From positions 99,202,001 through 99,266,000 of the forward strand of contig CM052817.1 in NCBI GenBank assembly GCA_028534125.1: 64,000 nt of DNA. Reading direction: 5' to 3'. Below, in pieces: positions 51,293 to 64,000 of this stretch. Positions within the stretch are counted from its first letter, which is position 1, and each line of letters opens with the position of its first letter. This stretch comes from Lama glama (taxonomy: Eukaryota). The translations under genes were made by a program, and so were the position numbers. The notes under the pieces are model-generated. The model ran no database searches. It was not told where the DNA came from and was given only the letters and a program-made list of their open reading frames with translations.

Positions 51293-52139
51293 CAAAGTCA
51301 GGCTATATGTCCTCCTTATATTTCTCTATTCTTTTAAGTTGTACAACAAGCAATAATTAAAAGAAAATGGAAAATCCCTTAAGAAAATAAAAAGGCTTTC
51401 TGCTCTTCTATCACTTTTTTCCATATTTCTATTAAGTTCACATGCACTATTTATAATTTGATTCCAGATCTATCAGACCCTCTCCATTACCCTCAAACTG
51501 TCTCCCAGCCACTTTAGAAGTTAATGCAATGTCCTAGCTATGATTCTGGGATAACATCATTAAGTTATTTTTTAACGCTATTAAACAATACAGATACAGG
51601 CAATATAGATAAAAACAATCCCCAGTGCAATTTTAAAACCTGCTAATGAATAACTTCCTATGACTCTACAAATAGAGAAAGCAACGGGTTTCATGAGCAT
51701 AGATGTGAAATACTGGTTTGTGTTTCTTAGTTTCTCTCCAGAGACCAAAAACCACATCGTGAGTTTAACATCAATATATTGCCTCACAGCCCTGAAATAT
51801 TAATTGAATTGATTAGTCAATGGCACACCACCCTCCGAGTCCCCAAACAAGCAACCTCAAAGTTATTGTAGTCCCTCCCTCTGTGCTATCGCCTTCCTCC
51901 TCCAGGCCCCTAATCACTCGGCAAATACTGTCAATATTTCCTCTGTAAAATTTCCAGATTTCACTTATGCTCTCAATTTCACAGCCAATGTCCTAAAAAT
52001 CAAGTGCTAACCATTTTACACACATAACAGCTGAGTAAGTCTTCTGAGTACTTACTCTGATCCATTAACATTTCTGTCAACAATCCCCTCTGCATTTTGA
52101 ATCACTGTCAAATATCTATTCAATACCTATTATGCTATA

Positions 52140-52236
52140 TTTATTTATTTATTTTTAGTGGAGGTACTGGGGATTGTACCCAGGATCTCATGCATGCTAA
52201 GCACGTGCTCTACCACTGAGCTATACCCTCCTAACT
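52140..52236 (-). mobile_element. Camelid tRNA-derived SINE, short form
   Basis: Reverse tRNA-Ala-like head. TSD ta(t/c)tatgctata. Confidence 0.9.
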
Positions 52237-52348
52237 TACTATGCTATAAAGACTACGCTAAGCACTGGAGATGAGCTTTCCTTATATTTCAGTTGGGGAG
52301 AAAGAATACTTTGAGGTCCTTTCCAGCTTTAAATTCTAATATAAATGC

Positions 52349-52900
52349 TATGGTGGACATACTCTATGGTGATCTCAAATGAGTCAAGGTCTTATATGAT
52401 CCTATTCCACTGAGTTTAACTTGGTTCTAGGAAACAGAATATGGTGAAGATGATGAGGTAGACAGTCCTTAATTAGGTTACTTTATACAGCAAAGGTTAT
52501 GGGAGAGACACTACTATAATATGTTACATATCATAGCAGACTTAAGAGATTCTCCTGCCAGCCTTGAAAAAGTAAGCTGCCATGCTGTGATAGGGCCATG
52601 CAACAAGAGGTTCAGACAGCCTCTAGGAGCTGAGATCAGATCCTAGTGCAGCCAACAAGAAAATGGGGACCTCAGTCCCAAGTGAAAGGAACTAAATTCT
52701 GCCAACAACAATGTGAGCTTAGAAGTGGACCCCAACCTCCCCAGAAGAACATAGCCAACACCTTTATTGCTGACTTGTAAAACCCTAAGCAGAGAATCCA
52801 GTTGAGCTGTGCCCAGATGCCTGATACAAAGAAACTGTAAAATAATAAATGTATGTTGTTTGAAGCAGCAACGTTTGTGGTAACTGAGTAGTACCAATAC
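52349..52900 (+). mobile_element. MLT1 (ERVL-MaLR) LTR
   Basis: 'aaggaactaaattctgccaacaac...gaaactgtaaaataataaatgtatgttgtttgaagc'. Confidence 0.8.
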
Positions 52901-54389
52901 AAGTGAAATTAGAACAGAAGAATACATGTGCTATCATAATTCTGTAGAAGCAAAGATCACTATGAGCTCCTCAAGATGAAAAAAAGCACAAAGAGACAGC
53001 TAGAGAATTAAGATGAGCCTTAAAGGGCAAAAGCAACAAGAGGAAAGGTCACTGTGGACAACAGTATGAATGAAGTTATTAATAGGAAAAAAAAATGTGT
53101 GTTATACTTTAAAAAGAACCAAAACACCCCTTCTTGCCATTTATATTTCAAGATGACACTATGCATAGACATCTAGATAGATAGACAGATAATACCATCT
53201 TGATTTGGGAGAGGGGTGCTTTTGCATAAAAGTAATATACATTTTACCAAAAAGACATTATGCAACACTTTGATAATAAAGTAACAATGGAAAGTCCCCA
53301 AACCCTTTTCCTGTCTGTTTTTAAGAATAAGCCACATCACTATTAACAGTTTGTGTTCCTGTCCTTGCATTTTTCTAAACTTACAGAAACATATATGGTT
53401 ATCTGTGGTGTTTGTGTGTATATTTAGTAATTATGTATCTCTGTATATAAGCATTTATATTCTCAAGTGTAAAGAAGTGATACTAAACAAACTATCTTAC
53501 TTATAGCGCACCATAATCGTACAGAAGATTTATGAGGATGATATGTAACATAATTTATTAAATATCACTATTTACCTAGCTACTGAAGCTAGAAACATCA
53601 GTCATATTTGACTCTTCCCTTCTTTGTCACACTTCACATTCAACAGACCGAGTACTGTCCATCCTACCTCTGCACTAACTCCAAAAGCTGGTTCTCTCTG
53701 TAACATTTTCCACTGCCTCAGGGATTCAACATCATGATTTCAAACATTACAACAGTCTCTAATAAAACTTTCCCCATTAGTCTCATTATTCCAGCCAATG
53801 CTTCACCAGGGTTATTTTCCTCAAATGAAAATCTGATTATCACTGTACACTTTCAAAAAGTATTAACTATCTTTCCATCATCTCCAGAAATTTTGCTACT
53901 CCTTTATACTTTTAAGACTGCTTTCTCAAACATTACACCCTGTACTTGTACACCTCTTTGCATCTGTTCCTACTACCCTCTTGGCCAGGAATGACATCAC
54001 TATCTTATTAATCCCTCAAAGCACAACTCAGAAGTCAACTACATAAAATCTTTTTTGATTCTACATCCGTTTTCCCACCACAAAACTAACAAAAGATACA
54101 TATGCTTCTTTTGCAGTCCTTATTATATTGTATCATTCTGTATGACACCATCTCAGTGATGTATTTAGAAATCTAACTTCCATTCCAGATTGCACTAACC
54201 TTTAATAAATTTTCCTTATATCCCCCAGAGCACAGAACAGTGCCTGATCATTGCTAGGTAACTAGCAGTGCTTATAAGGAAAATAAACTCTTTGAACACT
54301 CACTTATGTCAGGCAATTCTCTGCTACTCTATGTGAGGAATACAAAGATGTATTTGATACCTTAAGGTTCTTAAAACATTTTCTTCTCT

Positions 54390-56930
54390 TTTCTTTTTCA
54401 ACAAGATACAGCACATTCCTGGGTTTCCTCCTACTTAGCAGTTGCTTCTTCATTGTCTTCCTACTGCTTCCTTCTTGTACTATCTCTAAATTTTGTAGTG
54501 TCCCAGAGCACAGTTCTAAATTGTTTCCTCTATCTAAATTAATTTTCACATGTCCTATGACCTTTAAATCTCACCTGCATGCTGCTGATTCCTATTATCT
54601 CTAACCCTAAACTTGCTTCCCTGTATTTCCACCTCATACAATCCAAGTGAAATCCTAATTTGGCTACCCAATGGGCATTTCAAATTTACTATTTCCAAAA
54701 CAGAACTCTTGATTCTACCTACCCACTGTCAATAAAAATCTCTTCTCCTATCCCTACCTCATCTTTTCATACTTCAATAAATAGCACTTGGGGCCCCCTA
54801 AATAAGCCCGAAGATTAATTCTTGGTTTATCTTTCCCTCACCTACAAATCCAATTCATGACACCACGTTCTACTGCTTTAACTCTTATATCACGTATCTG
54901 TCTATCTCCGTCATCATTGCTACCACATCAGTCTAAGCTACCTTCACCTCTTGCTTAAAAAATTTCAGTGGTATCTTCATTGATGTATCTGCTTCCATTC
55001 TTGTCCCATACCCTGATCCTATCACCGTTCATTCTTTTAAAAACATAAGTCATGATATACAGAAAACTGGATATCCACATGCAAAAGAAGGATGGGCCCT
55101 TTACCTTATATGATGTACAAAAACTGACTCAAATGGATTAAAGATTTAAATGTAATACTACAACTATAAAACTCTTAGAAGAAAACATAGGGGAAAAGCT
55201 TCATAACCTCTGATTTGGAAATGATTTCTTGGATATGACATCAAGAAAACACAAAAGAAAAAAAGTAATTGAATGACATCAAAATTTAAAATTTTCATGT
55301 ATCGACAAAGTGAAAAGGCAATCCACAGAATGGTAGAAAATATTTGCAAATCATATGCCTGTTAAGGCATTAAAATCCAAAATATATAAAAAAGAACTCT
55401 TGCAACTCAGTAACAACAAAAATAAACAACCCAGTTCAACACTTGGCAAAGTATTGAATAGCTATTCAAGATATACAAATAGCTAATAAGCACAAAAAAA
55501 GAGGCTAAACATCACCAATAATTAAGAAAATTCAAATGAAAACCGCAGTGAGATACTACACCTCACACTCATTGGGATGGCTAACATTAAAAAAAAAAAA
55601 GAAACAGAAAATTAGTGCTAGCAAGGATATGGAGAAATTGAAACCCTTGTGCACTATGAATGGGAATGTAAAATTGTGCAGCCATAAAGAAAGCAGTATG
55701 GTAGTTCCTCAAAATATTAAAATATGATCCATACTTTGCATGAATCTTATTCTTACATGTGTCATATGATCTAGCAATTCCACTTCTGGGTATATGGCCA
55801 AAAGAATAGAAAGCAGGGACTAGTAGCATGATTCACAAAAACCAAAAGTGGAAGCAACTCAGTGTCCATTAATGTGTGAATAGATTAAATAAAATGTGGT
55901 ATATAAATATGATGGAATATTACTCAGCCTTAAAAAGGAAGGAAAGTCTAAAGCATCCTACAACATGGAGGAACTGTGAAGACATTAAGCTAAGTGAAAA
56001 AAGCCATACATCAAAGGACAAGTACTGTATGATTCCAGTAGTATGAGATGCCTAGAGCAGTTACGTTCATCAAGACAGAAAGTACAGTGGTGGTTGCCAG
56101 GGGCTGGCGGGGAGGGAGGAATGGGTAATTACTTAATGAATAAAGAGTTCCAGTTAAGCAAGATGAAATGAGTTCTGGAGATGAATGTTGATGATGGTTT
56201 GCACAACAATGTGAATGTACTTAATGCCACCCAACTGCACACTTTAAAATGGTTAAGGTGGTAAGTTTTATATTATGTGCATTTCACCACAGTTAAAAAT
56301 AAGTAAACTAAAACTTTAAAAATAAACACTTCAGTTAAATATCACCGTTAAACAACAAGACAAAAATATAAAACCCTAAGTCATACCATGCCATTCCTCT
56401 GTTTAAAACTCTTCGATGTATTCTTACTACTCATGGTTAAAACCAAATTTCTTACCATGGCTTACAGGGGCCTGTGTGATCTGATATCTGAATACCTCTG
56501 ACACTTTCAAACCTCACTCTCTCCCTTTCTCATTTTGCTTCAGCCCACTCTGGCTTTTTTTTTGTTCAAATAATTTATTAACATCATTCTCACCTCAAGG
56601 CCTTTGTTCTTGGTATTCCCTACCTTAAAATGTTGTGATCTAGATCTGGTTGGCTACTTCTCTTCATTCAAATCAAGTGTCACTTCTTCACAAATCTCTA
56701 AAAATTCTATATTGGCTGCCCTATAAACTTTCCCCTCTTCATTCTCATAACATTATCCTGCTTTGTTTCCTTCCAAGCATTTATTACTATCTGTTCATTA
56801 ACTTGTGTATTATTTGTCTTCTCCTCCAAGACTGTAGAGTCTTATTCACAGCTACATCCTCGGACTCCACAACAGGGCCTGGCGCATGAACTACAATCAA
56901 TGAATAGGTACTAAATGAATTACAATGAGT
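54390..56930 (+). mobile_element. L2 LINE 3' region split by an L1 insertion
   Basis: L2 motifs on both sides of the L1 ('gcatttcaaatttactatttccaaaacagaactc' and 'ccattcctctgtttaaaactcttcgatg...acagggcctggcgcat'). Confidence 0.7.
55056..56372 (+). mobile_element. L1 (L1MB-type) 3' 1.3 kb
   Basis: ORF2 3' motifs ('gaaaactggatatccacatgcaaaag', 'ctcttagaagaaaacataggggaaaagcttcat') and 3'UTR. Flanked by the repeat taagtcat. Confidence 0.85.
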
Positions 56931-57609
56931 GCCTAAACCACTCCCATTCTATTTTTTTTGTCTTTTCTTTATATCCGAAATTTTAATTTTCATTAAGATT
57001 CAATCCAATCCTATTTCCTTCCAAGGAATATTGTGCATTTCTATCCCATAAAGGCTTTTATTTTACATCAATCTTATACCTATATTATACTTGTTTATAT
57101 AGTATCATAAAAATTCTATTTGATTGTTATGTATATTCTTCCATTTACCCTATCAGACCACAACTGATCAAGAAAGTATGTCTTTTACTTATTCTTCTTT
57201 TTCAAATCAACCATAGCAACTAAGAGGTACTGTTCAGGTAGGCTGTACTCAACCATTATTTGATAAATGGATAGTCTGTGGTAATGTTTTAAAGTAAATA
57301 TTCTCAAGTACCTAAATTTATGTAGGTAATTAAAAGCAAAACGCTACAGCTTTTTAGTTATACAATTATATCAGAAATTTAAGTTTGAAACATTTTCACT
57401 GCATAATATAAACTATAACTATCTAAACTTATTTATTTAAAATATTAAAATGTGATTAGGATGTACATAAAGTATTTAATAATACTTTCAAATAAGTAAG
57501 AACGCATATACATTTTTTCTTCATAATTCACAAAATGCTTTTAAAATCCAATATTTCAGAATGCTCTGACTACATGCTTCCCATTTAAGTTAGACACACA
57601 AATATGACA

Positions 57610-57690
57610 TTTTCTTTATATCCAAAGAAATATAACTATTTATATTTTATATATTTTATAATAGTTATGTTTCTTTGGATATAAAGAAAA
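57610..57690. repeat. Inverted repeat: 31-bp arms (1 mismatch), 19-nt AT-only spacer
   Basis: ttttctttatatccaaagaaatataactatt ... aatagttatgtttctttggatataaagaaaa. Confidence 0.95.
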
Positions 57691-60600
57691 GACAAAAACA
57701 TAGATTAAGACAATATAAAGATGACTTTACAGATTAAGTGATAAGTTATCTAAATGAGTAAAAAAAATACTTTTGTACAAAATTTTCCACCTATGTGCAT
57801 ATTTACCTAAATATGCAAATTATATAGTATTTAAAAACTGTAATTTTATCTACCAGCTGTGAAAACTATTCTTTCTAACAAAGAATTACAGATAAATTAA
57901 ATTTTTAATTATAACGAGCAGCCTCAAAATAGCAGGTTTTCTGTATAGTAAATTAAATCTCTAAATGTAAAGCACAAAATCATTCACATATTTTAATATT
58001 AAGAAGAAAAACTGTATAATTTATATCTACAGAGCAAAGAGAAAAAAAATGCTTGTGTCAGCCTTAGGAAACAAACAGCCCTATCAAGTGACCAACTAGG
58101 AAAGATTCTCGCTAGCAGCTCAATAAATAACAGTAATGATGACAACCATCTCCCGTAACTACATTACAGCCCATTGTCCACATCTGATTATACTAGTCTA
58201 GACCTTGAGTAAGCACATACACACATTTTCACCAAGAGTTTTCCAATATTACTGCTGTTTCCTGGGCTTTCTGTGACCCCCATTAGTAGGGACTGTCAGA
58301 TTTTCTCTACTAAACATCTTCACCACTGATGGGAAAGGGAAGTTACCACTTTTCTGCACCCTAACAACTCAGAATATGGAAGAAACGTTTCTGAATTCGT
58401 AATCCTTCTAACATTGTAATTTCTTTAGAATTGACTATAGAGAATACTCACAAACCAAATCTGAAAGAGAAAAATTGTTTCCAAAGTCTTCCTTCAGCAG
58501 TATCACAACTGATAAAACCTCACTTCTCAGACTGTATTTCCATTTATTAACATAGTCTTTATTCTTATACTGTAGAATTATTACCTAACTCTCCACGTAA
58601 CTGTCGTTTTGCTCACATCTCTCCCCGCCCACACCCATACATGGCATATTCAATCTTTCAGTGTCACAAAAATCCTTAAACTGATCTCTCTCTCTACTCC
58701 TTTCTGAGGTAAAGCTCAGGTAACAACTTTGAGTAAGAGCTGCAAAGACTCTAATATCATACAATACACAAGCCTGAAGCCTTAGAAACAACTGACCGAC
58801 GACCAACAAAAGAGTATTTTTAACCAAACGTTTCAGTATTCTTTAATAGGCTTCATATATATTCAAAGCCAATCTAGACCCTTCTCAGTTTAGAACCAGC
58901 CGAGGTGGTACCCATTTCCGGAAGTTAAGACTCTTTATCAGGAAGACTACAATGTATCCATCCACTTTACTAAAATTAGAAGGGCAGAGCAAATACTCCG
59001 TAAAATTATTTCTTCCTGAAAATATAAGAATTCAGTAATTTAATATAAATCTCAAATTTAACATAAATGTCACTGCCTAATATCATTCTACTTTTCCAAA
59101 CTTATTTTGCACAATAATTCCTAGCTGAGCATTGTAAAACAGTAACTCATGATAGCAGGGAGGCTAGAATAGAAGCAGAAGGGTGGTTGCAAGCTGCATA
59201 CTTTAGATGAAACAAATTCTTAGGACTAGGAAAGAATTTATTCTCAAGAATGTATATATAAAGAGGGAGAGAAGACAGCTTTATACAAAAAAGTAAAAAC
59301 AATGAACAAAACCACTCTGTTTACTCCTCACTTGGAATCCAGTTTAGGATTTCTCTGTTACTGCCATCTTCTATTTTTCCAGTAACTGCCTCTGTCTCTG
59401 CCGCTTGTTGCATTTGCTTATCATTTCATAGGAAACCAATGACCACCTTTTTTAAAACTGCAATGTCCTCTGCCCCACATTGTACCTATTCTATTTCTCT
59501 CCGCGTTTTAATTTTCTCATAGCACTAATCACTTTCTGACCTAATACGAATATTTTAAATTTCTTTACTGTCTACAGCATAAGAGGGTAGGGATGTCTAT
59601 TCTGTCCATTGCTGAATCCCCAGAGCCCAGAACGTGGACCAGCACATAGGAGGCACGCATAAATATATTTCGAACAAACGAAGAGAGCTGACTCTATTTT
59701 CATTTTTATTTTCATTTAACCCTACTCAAAATGCTTTCTTTCCTTCTTCGTCCACCTGTAATTTGCCTCCCTTTTGGCTATATTTATTCTCACTTAATAC
59801 AGTAATTGATTCCATTTATATATAAATGTTTTTTAAAATGCGTAAGTTTATGAAACTTCTGTACACATGTAAGCATATTCTACAGGCATGCTGAATCCAT
59901 ACCACCTTTTTTCCATAAGCAACATACTTTGGCCTTGCTGAGAAAGCTCAAATACAATGCCAAATACTTTTAAAGCCCTTAAACCTGGAATTTAGCAGTT
60001 TTAGGGGATGAAAAACACAAATTAAATGAAGTATCATTGTTTTACATCAATCACAAGGAAGCAAGCCTAAAAACTAACCATAGAAAACTGAAATTAAGAG
60101 AAAAATAGAAGTGAAAAATAATTTGGCCATATCACTGTTTTAAACCAAACACATGAAGAAATGAAATAAGAAAAATGTATTTATCCTAATTAAGGGGAGA
60201 AAATTCTAGTCTTCACTGATAAGCCATTAAACTTTCAAAAATAATAAACATTAATTTAACTAACCTAATCCCTAAAAAAGAGGGACCAGCACATCGTTTC
60301 TAAACAACCCACAGAAACTTCTACATCTATTCAATCCACACTAGAGATGAAAGTCTCTCAACAAATCTTTGAAACACTGACGTCTTACTCCACCCCAAAA
60401 ATGAGATCATATCCAAACAACTGTTTATAATGTTGAACTGGAGTTTTTCTATAAAGCACCTCAGCACATATTTAATTTTAAAATTTAACCAGAAAGCACA
60501 TGGCTCTTTAAGAAACACTCCAGAGTTTTCAAGAGATGAATTCTACTTTGATTTAGGTTATGTCTTTGTTCAGTTCGGATAAGACTACATCCTAGGCACA

Positions 60601-63539
60601 ATGTTTACTTAAGTGAAAAAAAAATTTCTGTCTTCTACCAAAATATAACCCAGATACTGGCCAAGTAGGTCAGAATAAAATGAAATGTGTTTTGCCCTCT
60701 CTGCTTTCCTTCCTTCTCTCTCTTCACTTCCCTTACATTCATTCTTCTACCCACTTATTCCACAGACATTTATTAGGAAGGAATCTGTGACATTTGGAGT
60801 GAAGGAAAATGCTGAAGCTACTAAATGAATGTTCAGAAAGCAGAAGTGCAATCTAAGCAGTTGAATTTTGAAGAGACAGACAAGTATATTAGTACTAGAA
60901 ACATTATGTCTTTTATGAGGGCTATTTACATATTCGGATACAAGTCTGAATTATTGCTGTAATAAGCAGATACTGACTATCCCCAGAGGATAATTAAGCA
61001 ATGTGCCCAATAGTATGTAGGATAATCTACCCTTTCTGTACTTTTCAAGGATGGGGAAACGAGAATCACAGTAGCAGATTTAAGAGTAAAATCCTAGGAG
61101 GCTATGGAAGTTCTCAAAATGTATTTTTAATAAACTAAAACTAACACTGTAAGTATAGGTCATCTTATATGTAGCTGTATATTTAACAAGTTATAGAAAT
61201 TAAGATGAGAATTTAATCTTAGAATGTTTAACTAACATTGTTCCTTGAAACTAGGTTCCACAGTCTACCACTTTCCTGATTTTTAACATCAAAAATTTTA
61301 AAACTTTGATCAGCCAATGGAAACATGTCTGTTTTTTACTTTAAAATACAAATGATACAAATTAAGAAATTATGTAACAAAGACAGGATCCCTTGACATT
61401 TTAAGCTATACAAATTTTACTTGTAGTGAATTTGTACTGATTTTTCAAAATTTCAGAGTATAACAAAAATAGGATCACCTAAAAATATAAAATATCAAGG
61501 ATTATCAATATTTATCAATTACATTGCTCCTTCTAACACAAGTCAAACAAGCGAAGTTACAAGACTTTGTCACGTTCATAGAGCACCTACCGTAATCACA
61601 GCTGTTTAGAACAACATCAGGGGCCTAAAATACTCTAAAAAATATTTGTTGGATGGATGGCAGAAAGGCTGGCAAGAAGAATGGTGGCTACCTAGCAGCT
61701 GGATCTGTTTCTTCTGGCAAAATTAAAACCCACCATACTGAAATACTAACGTTTTTAGAAAAGATATAAACAAAACCATTAAGGAATACAGGAATAAGAA
61801 GAATGCAAAATATGAAATCTAAACCCCTTTATCCAAATTTGAAAAAAATTTTTTAAGGTTTACTGACAAAGAATTTAATTTAAAAATGTAAGCAACAATT
61901 CTACTGGAATTAGTTTAATTAAATTTATTTTTCAATTAAATAAATTTTTAAGGTGAAGGAAAAAGCAACTTACATAAAAAGAAATGAAGTTTACAAATAA
62001 ACCAACCAAAGCCCTATATAACATAATGTTATATACCTACCACACTTGAATTTAGAACAGACGTTTCTATTTCCTACTAATGTGGTGCCACAGCATCACA
62101 GAACATTCTGTAAGAAAGCTTGAAGATTGTCTAACGAACTTCAAACTATTTAAAGAAACCTGTGTCTTTCAGAACGAAACTCTTTAGTTCAGTTATTTGC
62201 ATATTTAAAAAGTAAACTGAGATAATGGTGATGAAAATAATAATTAAATATATCACAAAATATCCATAAACAATGTTCTTACTCACAGAATGTTGGAAAT
62301 TTAATTTTTTTAAACTTAAATCTTTTTAGTTTATACATTTTACTTGTCTTGGTAAAAATTGTCAAAGAAGTATCACTTGATTATGTCAGTGATTACTGAT
62401 TATTTTTATAGGAATGTTGTTTACAAGAAAAATATCAATAACTGAACTCAAAACTATCAAAACAATGTATTCACAAAGAAAGTATTTCATCAATTAAATA
62501 GGTAAGTTAAGAGAAACATTTCTTCCAAACAACAATTACTTATGTCTGACCCTAAGTAATTGATTTGCTAATAGTACCCATCAAGTCTGATAAACCCTAT
62601 GCTGTAGTCTCAGTCTGTAAAGGTCTACATGTTATTTACACTAATAAAACATTAATCAAGGACCAAATTTATAGCAGCTACTCTATAAATGAGGTCAAGG
62701 CAGGTCAGACTTACATAATAAGAAATAAATAAAAAGGAAAAAGAAAAAAAAAAAGGTTGGCCTCTGCATAAAAAGAAAACCCTTATTACCTATTCTTCTT
62801 GCCCCTGGGATTAAGTCCAGTAGCTGAACACTACAAATGCTTCACAAATACGTCCACTGCTATGTAAACGCATTTAACCTCAATATATTAAATATTTATA
62901 AAAGGAAAGTCAAATACACTGATTTAGAAAAATAAATCTCTAAATTGTTCCTTTAAAATATATTCTACCCTCTGAAGAAAGAGATAATGAAAATTTCAAA
63001 TACTACCGATATTTCACGAATGAATGTTAGTTCTCTTTATACTACCGTTTATTTCTAACATTTACTTAGAAGACAAAGGCTAAATACTTTCTATAGGCTC
63101 AGCACAGAAGTAAAGAAAACAATTTCTAAACAAAGGAGGCTAATAAATCCAAACAGTTAAAGATAAGCACATATAAGAAATCAGGGAAAAGGTACTATAA
63201 AGTCTCTAATCACAGCTGATATAAAAACCAAATAAGTTACTCAAATAATTGTTTCCTCAATAAGAATAACAATCAGCTCTTCCGGATAAAATATTTGAGA
63301 AGAACATGAAATTAATTACTTTACAAAATACAGAAAAATTTTAATGTAAAATATTTATTTTATATATATGTATTTTCTTTTCTCTGGGTAATAATCTTCA
63401 AAATAACATCACTTGACTATTACCAAGATTGTATAAAATGAATTTCTGTTTAAGAAATACTATTTACATAAAACATATTAATAACTGAAATCAAACTATA
63501 AAAGCAATGTACTTATAGAGAAAATATCTTATCAATTAA

Positions 63540-63800
63540 ACACAAATATTTACTGAATTGGCAAGGCACTTCACTTGGAGCCCAGGATACAACCAAAAGC
63601 AAGACAGGGGCACTGCCCTCACAAAACATACACTTTACAAGGGATAACGAAGATAAATATGGGAGTAGAATAAAAAATGCAGGGAAACATATTTTAAGAA
63701 ATGAGGTAAAAGTAACCTGCGTAACAGGTTTCAAGGAAGACTTCTCTGACAAGGTGACATCTGAATTGGGCCTTAAATCAGAATGAACCAGACATGTAAA
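63540..63800 (-). mobile_element. L2 LINE 3' fragment
   Basis: 'acaaatatttactgaattggcaaggcact...caaggaagacttctctgacaaggtgacatctgaattgggcc'. Confidence 0.7.
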
Positions 63801-64000
63801 GAGCTGGGGGTGGATCTTCCAGCTATGGTGAAATAAAAAGGTCAACAAATCCTCTCCCACAAAAACAAGCATAGAATTGACAAATAACAATCATTTCAGG
63901 GTACTGAAAACTGATTAAGGCAAACAAAAAAAATCAATAATAATCTTAGAAAAATTTGCTAACCACTGAGTAAGAACAAATGGAGTCTGTGGCAATCTTT

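Overview
AT-rich mammalian genomic DNA, most likely from a camelid (camel/alpaca/llama), because it carries five copies of a tRNA-Ala-derived SINE of the Vic-1 type. I found no recognisable intact protein-coding gene. Most of the window is transposon debris: young and old L1, L2, MIR, MaLR/ERVL and ERV1 solo LTRs, and hAT-Charlie and Tigger/MER2 DNA elements. It also holds one degraded RPL31 processed pseudogene. Unique sequence looks A-rich on the + strand, and several short segments are flanked by minus-strand splice signals. This suggests the window is intronic to a large minus-strand transcription unit that I could not identify. Most notable observations: (1) a TSD-flanked, polyadenylated retrocopy of only the R region of a MER41-like LTR, i.e. 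an LTR-derived SINE-like element; (2) a series of candidate minus-strand micro-exons; (3) a long Charlie1 transposase relic with nested insertions; (4) a twin-primed inverted L1; (5) an RPL31 retrocopy with an extended 5' end; (6) a 31-bp-arm palindrome. Repeat family names come from recalled consensus motifs, not from a database search, and old-repeat boundaries are approximate.
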